DNA of 64,000 nucleotides from Candidatus Omnitrophota bacterium. Its GTDB lineage: Bacteria; Omnitrophota; Gorgyraeia; Zapsychrales; JANLHA01. Every line of letters begins with the position of its first letter. Positions within the stretch are counted from its first letter, which is position 1. Under the pieces are notes generated by a model, which did not search any database, had not been told where the DNA came from, and worked only from the letters and a program-made list of their open reading frames with translations. Made by a program: the position numbers and the translations under genes. Positions 18,501 through 27,778 of the stretch are shown here, piece after piece. The stretch is taken from the NCBI GenBank assembly GCA_020632535.1, contig JACKFJ010000001.1:410890-474889 (forward strand), written 5' to 3'.

Positions 18501-21500
18501 ATCTGACAGCAACAATAGCACGACGTCAATTGTTTATGATACGACATACAAACTCTTTCCTTTGGAAACAACCAATGCCTTAGGCCATAAAGTCACCAAT
18601 GAATATTATGGGATTAATGGTGTCGCTTTAAGTGGGAGCGACACGACTTTTGGGTTATGGGGACAACTTAAGAGCACGACGGATCCGAATCAGAAGAAAG
18701 GCCTGCGCATTTATGACACTTTTGGCCGCACGGTCAAAATGATTTCGCCATTAGATACGATTGCTTTACCTACGACGAGTTATGAATATGTTTACGGCGC
18801 GGCGCAGTTAAAGGTTATTAGTAAACAGCGTATCAAATCCGGTGCCACTGGCACAATCGACACGGTTCGATTTTCCGATGGATTAGGTCGTGCTGTGCAA
18901 AGTAAATCCAAGTCTGAAATCCCCGGAAAGTTTATTGTCAGCGGGATCAGTGAATATAATTTGCGCGGATTACCAGTTAAGAAATATGTTTCCTATCTGA
19001 CATCAACTCCGTTAACAGAACTTGACAGTCTTGACACAACTCAGCCTTACACTTTAATCACGTATGACGCGATGGGACGGGTGTTGCGAACGACCGCGCC
19101 GGACGGCAGTTACTCGAATGTGATTTATGATGACTGGAACTCGACGAGCTATGATGAGAACGGACACATGCAAAAATCATACGCGGATGCGTTTGGGCGT
19201 TTAATCAAAAAGGAAGAATATCTTGGTGCTGATGGTCGTCATGCTGTTTATCCAGCCGCCGCGTTTACACTGTACGCGACAACATTGTACACTTATGACT
19301 CTAAGGGCAATTTGATTAAAACTCAGGATGCCAAAGGCAATATTACAACAATTAGTTATGACGCTTTGGGACGCAAGACGCAGATGGTCGATCCTGACAT
19401 GGGGACATGGAAGTATGGTTATGATGTCGAGGGTAATTTGATTTGGCAGGAGGACGCAAAGGGACAAAGAATCAATTTTACTTATGATCAAATTAACCGC
19501 CTAAAGTCAAAAACCGATTTAAGTGTATTGACTGTTAACTATACATACGACGACGTCAATGTACAGAATTCGAAAGGTCGATTGACCAGCGCGGCATACG
19601 GTGGAGGAAATACCGGATTTGCGTACGATGAGATTGGCCGCGAGTTGCAATCGATTAAAACGATTGGCTCAACGAATTATTCTGTTTCTCGAACATATGA
19701 TGCCGTGGACCGCTTGGTGACATTGCAGTATCCGCAAAGTACAAAAGTTGGATATACGTACAATCAAACCGGTATGGTTAATTCGGTGTTTGCGGTTTTG
19801 CCAACGACGGTTATGCCGAATCCGAGTGGCGATGAAACGATATATATGGCCTCGCCGTTCGCGCAATATCGTTTAAATGAAAGCGCGTCAACGACAGCAG
19901 TCGTCGACAGTGGCATTGGAAAGACCAATGTCACTTCTTCGGCTAACACATCAACATTGAGTAAAGCCGGAAAAATCAATAGTGCTTTTGGTTTTAATGG
20001 TACAAGTCATTTTGTCAACATGGATAATTTGCTTAATAAAATTCGCTATGACAATAAGGGAAGCTTTTCGATGTGGATTAAGCCGGAGGCGGGAAGTACA
20101 CTGCTGAGTTTTGGCGGGGTAGGCGGATATTTTTCGATGGAGTGGTATGAAGCCAATCAGTCTTTGTCATTTGCTGTTTCGGGCGGCGGAACACCAATTA
20201 GCGCGACGACACCAACGGGAAGCGTGGCTGTTAACAATTGGGTGCATGTCGCGGTTGTGCAAGACGGCGTGAATTTAAAAATTTATATCAACGGTGTTGA
20301 ACAGCCGCTTTTTTATTGGATGCAGAGCAATAAGGGGGCGTGGTTTAGCTATGTCTCATCTGGACTTAATTATGGACGGATGGGTGCGTTTAATAATTCA
20401 TCGAATCCGACGAGCAATAACAGTTTCTTTAAGGGTAACATCGACGATGTTCGGTATTATTCAAATAAAGCATTGATTCCGCATGAAGTTTGGGGAATTT
20501 ATAACAATGGCGCGGGAACGGAAGCTGAAAATCCTGTAATTAGCAATACTCCGCCGCCATCGGTGGCGATGGTGACTTATATGGCACCAGCATTTGCGCA
20601 GTTTAAACTCAATGACAATGCCGCAAACACCGAAGTTATTGATGAAACGGTTGGATATAATGATGGCGTCGCGACACATAATACAAACGCGATGAGCACG
20701 ACGGGAAAGATTAATTCGGCTTTGGCGTTTAATGGGACGAATCAATATGTCGATATGAGCAGTTTGTTTGCGGATATTCGCACGGATACGGTTGGAACAT
20801 TTAGTTTGTGGGTTAAGCCGGTCAATAGTTATCCGATTTTGGAATTTACCGGTAGCGGTGGATATTTTGTCATTGAATGGTACAAGAATAATCAGTCCGC
20901 GACTTTCGCGATTTCGGGTGCGGGAACGCCGATTGCATGTACGACGCAAACTGGCAGTATGCCAGCCAACACGTATTCGCATCTTGTAATTTCGCAAGAT
21001 GGTACGCAATATAAAATTTACATTAACGGGGTTTTGCAGCAAAATTTAACGAAGTGGTTTAATAGTAATCTCGGCGCGTGGTTTAAATTTTTAACGGGGT
21101 CAATTACAAATAGCCGATTAGGTTCGGCCGTTGAAGGTAGTAATCAAGCGTTTTTTAATGGAAACGTTGATGATTTGCGTTATTACAAAAAGGCGCTAAC
21201 TTTGACGGAAATTCAGACGCTTTATAATAATGGTGCGGGTACAGAAGAAGCGTCACCTGCCATTGGTGGCGCGCCAGTTTTGCCGCCGCTTGAACCGTCA
21301 ACTGTTCCGGCGAGCGCGGGGCAAGTTTATATTAACAATGTGGATTACAATGCTTTGGGGCAAATGACCAAGGTTGAATTTGGTAATGGTGTTGTGACGA
21401 CGTATACGTATTCTCCGACGATGCTGCGTTTGACAAATATCACGTCGACGAATGCCGCGGGGACAGTATTGCAAAATTTTTCGTACACGTATGATGGTGT

Positions 21501-23223
21501 GGGAAACATTACCGCGATTGTCGACGCTGTTAATACCGCCACGCAAACATTTAAGTACGACGCGCTCAATCGTTTGACGCAAGCGGTAGGCGCATATGGC
21601 ACCAAAAATTATACGTTCGATCAGATTGGTAATATTATTACCAAAGATGGTTTGACGTATACGTATAGCAAGGTCGCGGCCGGTCCGCACGCGGTCACGT
21701 CTTTGTCCGACGGAACCACGATCACGTATGACATTAACGGCAATATGACAAGCAAGTCCAAGGCCGGCGAGGTCATGCAGTATTTTTATGATTCCGAGAA
21801 TCGCTTATCGAGTGTAAAAAAGAACACATCGCTTATTGCTGAGTATTTGTACGACGGAGATGGCGGGCGGGTGCAAAAAACTTCGTATGTCACGACACCG
21901 GCAGTTGTCACCAAATACATTGGCGAAATGTATGAGGAAACCGACAATGTCGGCACGATGTTTGTCTTTTTGGGAAGCCAGCGCGTCGCGGCAATTGACA
22001 CGAATAGCGGGACACCGTTGTACTATCACATGGATTATTTAGGTAGTACGAATGTGATGAGCGATAATAACGGCAACGTCGCGGAACTTATCGAATATGA
22101 TCCATACGGAAAGATTCAGCGTCATGACAATTATGGCGGAAACACCCGTTTGGCCAAGCAACAATTTACCGGAAAAAAGCTGGACGACGAAACCGGATTG
22201 ATATATTTTGGAGCTAGATATTACGACCCGCTCCTTGGCAGATTTATAACAGCAGATACGATTGTCCAGAATCCGTCCGATCCGCAAACTCTAAACCGTT
22301 ATAGTTATTGCCAAAACAACCCGATAAATAAGATAGACCCAGATGGACATCGGAGTTGGTGGAAAAAATTCTGGGGTGGTGTAAAGGATTTCTTTCGCGA
22401 TTTTGGTGGGTTAATTGGTTTAAATGGATTAATCTTCAACGGTATTATAAATCAGGATTGGAAACCCTTTGTAAATGTAGTTACCGCTGCAGCATCAGCG
22501 TTCGTGTTTTCTGGTAATCCAATTGCGGCAGCAGCTGCTGCAGGAACTACGATGTTTCTTGATACTAAGCCTGGTCGACAGTTGACAGGTTTTGTTGCCT
22601 CAGAAGTCATGGATGATATGCTTGGAATGCGACCTGGAACTGCGCAGGTTTGGGCAAGGGTTGGGTTGCAAGTTGCCGGGACATTGGCTGCTGAAAATAT
22701 AATGAAGAATGCTATTGCTGACCCAGCAACAGCTTCACAAGTAAATGACCAAGTTGCAGAAGCTAAAGCCATTGGTGGTAAATCAAAAGGTTATGACCCA
22801 GCAGGTGGTAGATATCCTGGAGGTGGAGCGAACAGGGGGTTTGACCTTGCGAATAAGGATGTAAAAGTTATGGCACTAACAGTAAAGGGACAAACTAATC
22901 CAACTGCTGTTCTTGGTACAGGGAAATTTGCTGGAGGAACATTATTGCATACTGGTGCAGTTTCGTCTTCTTTCCCAGGGGGAGAAATAGTGAAATTGCC
23001 TTTTGGCAATAACTTTTTAAATGGATATGGAACAGTTTTTGGCGTATGTCATCAGGCGACAAATGCTACATTATTAGTCAGTGGTATTAGTAGTACTGTA
23101 TGGGATTTAGCGCCTCATTGGTCAACATTTGCTTCGACAATAACATATGGAAATTACGGAGGACAATTGTCAAATTATGTTTACACGGGAATTAGGACGG
23201 ATTTAGCATATGATAAGAATTGA
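15595..23223 (+). CDS. giant Rhs/YD-repeat polymorphic toxin (TcB/TcC-fusion-like) with two LamG-like inserts
   Basis: 2542 aa. In order: signal peptide; SpvB-like region (GIQPSIGLLYNS...GVGW); about 7 FG-GAP/VCBS repeats (DMNGDGLTD); TcdB-mid-like region (REFRGF); YD repeats; Rhs core end NPINKIDPDGH; then a ~290-aa variable C-terminus. Confidence 0.9.
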   Translation: MKKFPWGKSSITLSFLVLTLISPNLSFAAAPSATQVFTLSENLDVDPSTGTSSISIPIEVPQGRAGIQPSIGLLYNSSGGNGILGVGWSMELGYIQRSTKKGVPQYNSTDIFVLSQAGSQQELVDISGNGTEFRPETEGAFMKIQFSGTSWTLTDRKGTKYFFGTNIASRVYDPTNSSKVYRWALERVEDINGNYMTVTYVRDDNQVYPSVINYTGNTIATLPTYAQVRFNYESKTTLADFSENYLAGFKIASMRRIKNIEAYVGTNLVRRYQMNYSLEAEMARSLLNSVTLIGSDGTSTLPATRMTYSVGETKMLPPVSINNRPNTDLNSDAQYVRMIDMNADGKVDILNGSAAGSWQIYFNQSTNDLVNYGTAVAAVNSPNYGANIGDLRVVDMNGDGLMDVVYGKGAPYTIWINNGINGFNPPVVTTNSTHMWLGDQNSVQLIDMNGDGKTDILASSQTTGGEWKIFFNTTGSDFAPGITVANAPTKGFNNSQVQMGDFNGDGLTDVIIGDLPTYKIWINNGVNGFNAPVNVARTFPYALNYAYMQLADMNGDGLTDIVRTSEDSTLEYYIYTNNGKNDFNAGFAAVNRPDFGFTNGQVRLMDINSDRQLDVVIGYPTGTDTRWRVWLNNGTTGFNPAIDLGNYPEGNIGGKNFVFADINADGRMDIVMGPASNWQVWLNKHDSRASRPSSLIDVDNSVGGHLELEYQHLPIAGLGGIGYKTAVSPFLFNSVKIISRRASLTGDVYVSRYDFKGGLWDNKNREFRGFKTVKMIDPDGNYSVTDYAQDDIYRGRPLSQASYDSQNRLFSKSVNIWNNQVLYPNVNFPFLKQTDSYLYDGDATGRRTQTQYFYDESPQCGNLTKSISFGEVNLTTGVDIGTDKSTTEVTYHNNTTKWLLGLPKITTIKDNANAVFAKTTFYYDSATNTTTLPTKGYLTKKVNWAGDAVGTVHPFTLYTYDTIGNLLTTSDSNNSTTSIVYDTTYKLFPLETTNALGHKVTNEYYGINGVALSGSDTTFGLWGQLKSTTDPNQKKGLRIYDTFGRTVKMISPLDTIALPTTSYEYVYGAAQLKVISKQRIKSGATGTIDTVRFSDGLGRAVQSKSKSEIPGKFIVSGISEYNLRGLPVKKYVSYLTSTPLTELDSLDTTQPYTLITYDAMGRVLRTTAPDGSYSNVIYDDWNSTSYDENGHMQKSYADAFGRLIKKEEYLGADGRHAVYPAAAFTLYATTLYTYDSKGNLIKTQDAKGNITTISYDALGRKTQMVDPDMGTWKYGYDVEGNLIWQEDAKGQRINFTYDQINRLKSKTDLSVLTVNYTYDDVNVQNSKGRLTSAAYGGGNTGFAYDEIGRELQSIKTIGSTNYSVSRTYDAVDRLVTLQYPQSTKVGYTYNQTGMVNSVFAVLPTTVMPNPSGDETIYMASPFAQYRLNESASTTAVVDSGIGKTNVTSSANTSTLSKAGKINSAFGFNGTSHFVNMDNLLNKIRYDNKGSFSMWIKPEAGSTLLSFGGVGGYFSMEWYEANQSLSFAVSGGGTPISATTPTGSVAVNNWVHVAVVQDGVNLKIYINGVEQPLFYWMQSNKGAWFSYVSSGLNYGRMGAFNNSSNPTSNNSFFKGNIDDVRYYSNKALIPHEVWGIYNNGAGTEAENPVISNTPPPSVAMVTYMAPAFAQFKLNDNAANTEVIDETVGYNDGVATHNTNAMSTTGKINSALAFNGTNQYVDMSSLFADIRTDTVGTFSLWVKPVNSYPILEFTGSGGYFVIEWYKNNQSATFAISGAGTPIACTTQTGSMPANTYSHLVISQDGTQYKIYINGVLQQNLTKWFNSNLGAWFKFLTGSITNSRLGSAVEGSNQAFFNGNVDDLRYYKKALTLTEIQTLYNNGAGTEEASPAIGGAPVLPPLEPSTVPASAGQVYINNVDYNALGQMTKVEFGNGVVTTYTYSPTMLRLTNITSTNAAGTVLQNFSYTYDGVGNITAIVDAVNTATQTFKYDALNRLTQAVGAYGTKNYTFDQIGNIITKDGLTYTYSKVAAGPHAVTSLSDGTTITYDINGNMTSKSKAGEVMQYFYDSENRLSSVKKNTSLIAEYLYDGDGGRVQKTSYVTTPAVVTKYIGEMYEETDNVGTMFVFLGSQRVAAIDTNSGTPLYYHMDYLGSTNVMSDNNGNVAELIEYDPYGKIQRHDNYGGNTRLAKQQFTGKKLDDETGLIYFGARYYDPLLGRFITADTIVQNPSDPQTLNRYSYCQNNPINKIDPDGHRSWWKKFWGGVKDFFRDFGGLIGLNGLIFNGIINQDWKPFVNVVTAAASAFVFSGNPIAAAAAAGTTMFLDTKPGRQLTGFVASEVMDDMLGMRPGTAQVWARVGLQVAGTLAAENIMKNAIADPATASQVNDQVAEAKAIGGKSKGYDPAGGRYPGGGANRGFDLANKDVKVMALTVKGQTNPTAVLGTGKFAGGTLLHTGAVSSSFPGGEIVKLPFGNNFLNGYGTVFGVCHQATNATLLVSGISSTVWDLAPHWSTFASTITYGNYGGQLSNYVYTGIRTDLAYDKN

Positions 23224-23256
23224 TGAAGGGTTGTAATTATTCTAAAGGGAGGACCT

Positions 23257-23877
23257 GTGAGCCTAAATGGTGGTGTGTTTTTAAAGTCTCTAAAAGTTTG
23301 TATATGCATATTATTTTGTTCGCTAATTTTAACAATTAATGCTGGATGTGAGACCATGTATAGAGGTCCTGGTTATGCAGTTCATAATGACAAACAAGCT
23401 ATGGATTTTGCTTGGGTCTTCTATGACCAAAAAAATTATGATAAGGCAGAACAAATTGCAAAAGTTGCGCTACAAATCAATTCTGTAAATATTGATGCGT
23501 ATAATCTTTTAGGTCTAATTGAATTAAAAAGGGGGTCTCTAAAAGAAAGCATGGATTACCTTGAAAAAGGGAAAAGAATTATAGTTCAAAATAAAATGGC
23601 TAATGGAGATTATATACTATGCAAACTTGGGATTGTTTATTTGAAGGATGGTCAACTCTCGCAAGCCCTGGACGCTTTCCAACAAGCAATTGAAATAAGA
23701 AGTTCGTGGCAAGCCCAACTTGGTGTGGCTTTGGCGCTATGGGAATTAGGTGAAACGAATAAGGCTATAGAGGCTATCTCAAGAATTGATTCATTTGACG
23801 CAACAGCTAGCAATCTGGAAGCGTTTTTTAATGAATTTTCATTATCTAAAGAAAATTTCAGTGGTCTTATAAAATAG
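23257..23877 (+). CDS. TPR-repeat lipoprotein, candidate immunity protein for the locus A primary toxin
   Basis: GTG start 4 nt after GGGAGGA. Lipobox (LTINAGC) and TPR-like repeats. It lies immediately downstream of the Rhs stop. Confidence 0.6.
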   Translation: MSLNGGVFLKSLKVCICILFCSLILTINAGCETMYRGPGYAVHNDKQAMDFAWVFYDQKNYDKAEQIAKVALQINSVNIDAYNLLGLIELKRGSLKESMDYLEKGKRIIVQNKMANGDYILCKLGIVYLKDGQLSQALDAFQQAIEIRSSWQAQLGVALALWELGETNKAIEAISRIDSFDATASNLEAFFNEFSLSKENFSGLIK

Positions 23878-23910
23878 TCAGGTAGTCAGTTGGATCCGTG
23901 GTAACTCTTT

Positions 23911-23954
23911 AACCCGCAGTTGTCCTCAAAAGATGATTGCGGGTTATTTTTTAT
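23911..23954 (+). terminator. Rho-independent terminator
   Basis: Stem aacccgca (23911-23918) pairs with tgcgggtt (23938-23945), followed by attttttattt. Confidence 0.6.
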
Positions 23955-23970
23955 TTGTACGACGGAGATG

Positions 23971-24006
23971 GAGATTGCCACGTCGCCCTTCGGGCTCCTC
24001 GCAATG
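23971..24006. repeat. isolated family-1 right half at the orphan cassette junction
   Basis: gagattgccacgtcgcccttcgggctcctcgcaatg sits between a 20-nt Rhs stub (23950-23970) and the start of Rhs homology at 24018. Confidence 0.8.
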
Positions 24007-24017
24007 ATCACTTGCGT

Positions 24018-25508
24018 AATCGCTTATCGAGTGTAAAAAAGAATACATCGCTTATTGCTGAGTATTTGTACGACGGAGATGGCGGGCGGGTGCAAAAAAC
24101 TTCGTATGTCACGACACCGGCAGTTGTCACCAAATACATTGGCGAAATGTATGAGGAAACCGACAATGTCGGCACGATGTTTGTCTTTTTGGGAAGCCAG
24201 CGCGTCGCGGCAATTGACACGAATAGCGGGACACCGTTGTACTATCACATGGATTATTTAGGTAGTACGAATGTGATGAGCGATAATAACGGCAACGTCG
24301 CGGAACTTATCGAATATGATCCATACGGAAAGATTCAGCGTCATGACAATTATGGCGGAAACACCCGTTTGGCCAAGCAACAATTTACCGGAAAAAAGCT
24401 GGACGACGAAACCGGATTGATATATTTTGGAGCTAGATATTACGACCCGCTCCTTGGCAGATTTATAACAGCAGATACAATTGTCCAGAATCCCAGCGAC
24501 CCTCAAACGTTAAATCGGTATTCCTATTGCGGCAATAATCCGATTAACCGCATCGATCCTGATGGGCATAGTTGGAAAAAGATTTGGAAAAAGATATCTG
24601 GATTTGTAGCAACGGCAGCGGGGGTGGCTTTAGGGTTTATAAACCCATACTTGGGCATGCTTGCATATAGCTTAATTGCAGCGAGTGGTCAAGGAGGTAA
24701 TTTTGGAGCGAATTTTGGGTTTAATTTAGCAAGTGGATTAATTGGCATGGGGGTGGGAGGAGCCGTTGGAAACCTATGGAGTGGTCAATTTATGTCTGGG
24801 CTTGCTACAGCTGCAGCTGGAGGAGCAGCTGCTTCAGCATCAATGGCAGCATTTACAGGTGGGGATGTCGGAATGGCAGCTTTAGCTGGATTTACTGGTG
24901 GTGCCATTGGGTTTGCTGGTGGTAGGGTGTGGCAACTTGGTGCAGACGCTATCGCTGGGGGCGTCGCTTCCGTAATTCAAGGAGGAGATTTTGGAGACGG
25001 CGCAGCTAGTGGTGCGTTTACAAATATGGCTGGTACTCTTGGTGGAATAATGGCACCGATGGAAAAGTTAGGGAATCAGAATCTTGAAGCTGGCGACGCT
25101 GTGTTTTTTAAGGCTCATAATCCCGGCGCTGCTTTAATTGCGTTTGCAGAGGGTGGAATTTTCACTCATGCAGGTACAATGGTAAATAAAAGTGAGATGG
25201 TCGAAGTTGGTTTAGATTGGAAAGGAGCACAAAAAACGAATATTTTTACAGGTAAAGATAAATATGCAGGTCGATCAGCATATGTTTCTCGACAATATCG
25301 AGGCAATCAATCAGTTATCAGTAATGCATTAAATTTAATAGGTAGTGTGCCCGGATATGGTGTTTTTTCTGGACGTAAAATTTGTTCCACTGCTACTGCA
25401 ACTTCATATAATGCAGCGCAAAGAGGTTGGTATGGATTTGACCCTAGCACTCAGGCAAACATGATGGGTTACACTCAATTCTACCCTATGAGAACTTACG
25501 GAAAATGA
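24018..25508 (+). CDS. orphan Rhs C-terminal cassette A1 (Rhs core tail plus alternative toxin, permuted papain/NlpC-P60-like)
   Basis: 24018-24493 is near-identical to 21799-22274 of the main gene. After DPDGH comes a Gly/Ala-rich hydrophobic stretch, then GDAVFF...IFTHAGTMV...KICSTAT (His before Cys, as in the YiiX/C92 family). No own RBS at the homology start. Confidence 0.7.
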   Translation, partial: NRLSSVKKNTSLIAEYLYDGDGGRVQKTSYVTTPAVVTKYIGEMYEETDNVGTMFVFLGSQRVAAIDTNSGTPLYYHMDYLGSTNVMSDNNGNVAELIEYDPYGKIQRHDNYGGNTRLAKQQFTGKKLDDETGLIYFGARYYDPLLGRFITADTIVQNPSDPQTLNRYSYCGNNPINRIDPDGHSWKKIWKKISGFVATAAGVALGFINPYLGMLAYSLIAASGQGGNFGANFGFNLASGLIGMGVGGAVGNLWSGQFMSGLATAAAGGAAASASMAAFTGGDVGMAALAGFTGGAIGFAGGRVWQLGADAIAGGVASVIQGGDFGDGAASGAFTNMAGTLGGIMAPMEKLGNQNLEAGDAVFFKAHNPGAALIAFAEGGIFTHAGTMVNKSEMVEVGLDWKGAQKTNIFTGKDKYAGRSAYVSRQYRGNQSVISNALNLIGSVPGYGVFSGRKICSTATATSYNAAQRGWYGFDPSTQANMMGYTQFYPMRTYGK

Positions 25509-25876
25509 AATTATTTAATTTAATGCTATTCACATTAATTTTTATTGGATGCGCGAGCTCTAGTCCTTTTGTAAAACCGAGTCAAAATAGTGCAAGAGTA
25601 TATCTAAAAGCGCACCCAGAATTAGATTCTGATGTTAAACAGGCCATTTCAAATGGAAATATTATTCTAGGTATGTCCAAGAATGACGTGTTAGCGGTTT
25701 GGGGTAAGCCAGATACAATATTCCTAAAAGATAAACCACGCTTTAAATACGAACCACCACCTTGGAATGAACAATGGGTGTGGAAAGGAGCTTTTTTTAG
25801 AACTTTTTCACAGGACTGTACAATAACTTTCAGTGATGACAAGGTAGAGAATATCCAGTGTGAATCAATATTGTAA
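25505..25876 (+). CDS. lipoprotein, candidate immunity protein for cassette A1
   Basis: ATGA overlap with the toxin stop. Lipobox (LIFIGC). GMSKNDVLAVWGKPD is a BamE/SmpA-like motif. Confidence 0.6.
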   Translation: MKLFNLMLFTLIFIGCASSSPFVKPSQNSARVYLKAHPELDSDVKQAISNGNIILGMSKNDVLAVWGKPDTIFLKDKPRFKYEPPPWNEQWVWKGAFFRTFSQDCTITFSDDKVENIQCESIL

Positions 25877-26444
25877 GACTTATAGTAGTAGTCTATTAGG
25901 GGTTATATGTGTAGTTTTATTGTTAATTTGCGGTAATCCAGTGCCTGTCGAATCCTCACTTGATCGATTTGTTGCCATTGATCACGGGTATGTTTTTAAT
26001 GGTAGATTTTTCATTAATGGTGACCTCGATTGCATCATCAGTGTTATTTTTGAACCGGAACAAATAAAGCATCTGCTTAATAATAAGTACACCGTCGAAT
26101 TAGTCAAAGCAGGGAAAGATTTTAACGAGATTGCTTATATTTATAGAGGGCATTTTATTAAGAATAAAAGTGTGTATCGAAGAGTTTTAAATCGGTCTGA
26201 AGGAAGGATTTCGTTTGAACTGATCGCCAATGAATTCAAAGGACCATTACCTAGGGTTGCTTCATCTCGCGGAAGTTATCAGATAAAGCCAGATAACGGC
26301 GGGTATTGGGTGGAGTATTATGAAGAGTGTAAGTTAACGGAAAGCAAATTTGAAAAATTTTGGCTTCTGAGGATCAAGCGTGAAGCAGCTGATTTTTTAA
26401 AAAGACTCGATGAGCATTTGCAGCAAACATGTCACTTAAAATAA
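25860..26444 (+). CDS. hypothetical protein with N-terminal TM/signal segment
   Basis: 194-aa ORF with a GTG start. It overlaps both neighbouring genes. No motif recognised. Confidence 0.45.
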   Translation: MNQYCKTYSSSLLGVICVVLLLICGNPVPVESSLDRFVAIDHGYVFNGRFFINGDLDCIISVIFEPEQIKHLLNNKYTVELVKAGKDFNEIAYIYRGHFIKNKSVYRRVLNRSEGRISFELIANEFKGPLPRVASSRGSYQIKPDNGGYWVEYYEECKLTESKFEKFWLLRIKREAADFLKRLDEHLQQTCHLK

Positions 26445-27736
26445 ACTTTCAAAGATTTAGACATAGTTGGACTGCTTTAAAGGTGCGTCGGTTTATTTCT
26501 CATTTGTTGATCGGAAAAAATAGTTATCCGATGGTTTTTAAAAAAGCAGATTCTTTTAAAAAGCTTAAAAGTTCCCATGTTTATATCCACATTCCGTTTT
26601 GCAAAACAATTTGCCCGCATTGTCCATATAACAAGGTTTCTTTTCGTCAGGATCTTTATGATTCGTACAAGGATTCTTTGCTTAATGAAATTTCAGATTA
26701 CCTCGCCCTAGAAAAAATCCCCTATATTCAATCACTATATTTTGGTGGAGGGAGTCCAAGTATGACCCCTGAATTAATTGCTAGCGTCATTGATCGATTT
26801 AAGGATTATTTTGTAAGGGATATTGAAATTGGGGTCGAGGTGCATCCGCAGGATGCTTCCCTAAAAATGTTAAATTATTTGAAACAAACCGGAGTTAATA
26901 AGATTAGTTTGGGCATTGAAACTTTCAGAGAAGATTTATTAAGGCGTTTGGGTAGATTTTACTCTGTAGATGAAGCTATCAATAGTGTTAAAAATGCTCA
27001 AACAATTGGATTTGAATGTATCGACATTAATTTAATTTATGGAATTTCAGGACAAAACGTAACTGATTCTCAAAAGGATGTTCAGCGATGCATTGAATTA
27101 GGCGTTGATCATATTTCAGCATATCCATTGATGACTTTTATCCATACAACTTTAGGAAAGGAGGTTAATCGCGGAGAATTTAATCATTATGATGATACTA
27201 AAAGAGTTGAGACACAAAAGATTATTAGTCAAGCCTGTCTTCAGGCTGGGTATAAAAGGACGTCAGTATGGAGTTTTACAAAGGATAATAAACTGCCTTA
27301 TACGACTGTTACAAGAGAGAATTATATTGGATTTGGATCAGGTGCCGGCTCGAAGGTTAATGGGATATTTTGGTTTAACACTTTTTCAGTGAATGAGTAT
27401 ATTAAATCAAAAGGTGTTAAACCGGCGATTATGCTTGAAACTACTGACAAGTTCCGACGGTTCCATTGGTTGTATTGGCAGATTTATAATACTAAGATTG
27501 ATATTAAAAAATATCATTATATTTTTCAACGAGATCTTAATACAGATTTTGGAGCAATGTTGACTTTTTTTAAGATTATAGGTTGGTTGTGGCAAGAGGA
27601 GAATGCTTGGTGCTTAACCGAGCGCGGATCAATATGGGGTCATCGGCTCCAAATGCTATTTTCTCTTAGTTATATAGACAAGGTTTGGAAAGAGTGTCAG
27701 CAAGATCCTTGGCCAGAAAAAATAGTTTTATATTAA
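26429..27736 (+). CDS. radical SAM enzyme, HemN/HemW (coproporphyrinogen III oxidase-like) family
   Basis: CxxxCxxC cluster (HIPFCKTICPHCPY), GGGSPS, and HemN-like length and C-terminal domain. Confidence 0.75.
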   Translation: MSLKINFQRFRHSWTALKVRRFISHLLIGKNSYPMVFKKADSFKKLKSSHVYIHIPFCKTICPHCPYNKVSFRQDLYDSYKDSLLNEISDYLALEKIPYIQSLYFGGGSPSMTPELIASVIDRFKDYFVRDIEIGVEVHPQDASLKMLNYLKQTGVNKISLGIETFREDLLRRLGRFYSVDEAINSVKNAQTIGFECIDINLIYGISGQNVTDSQKDVQRCIELGVDHISAYPLMTFIHTTLGKEVNRGEFNHYDDTKRVETQKIISQACLQAGYKRTSVWSFTKDNKLPYTTVTRENYIGFGSGAGSKVNGIFWFNTFSVNEYIKSKGVKPAIMLETTDKFRRFHWLYWQIYNTKIDIKKYHYIFQRDLNTDFGAMLTFFKIIGWLWQEENAWCLTERGSIWGHRLQMLFSLSYIDKVWKECQQDPWPEKIVLY

Positions 27737-27778
27737 CTTTGTAGGTAGCTGTGTTAATGGGGAGCAGTATACTTTTTT

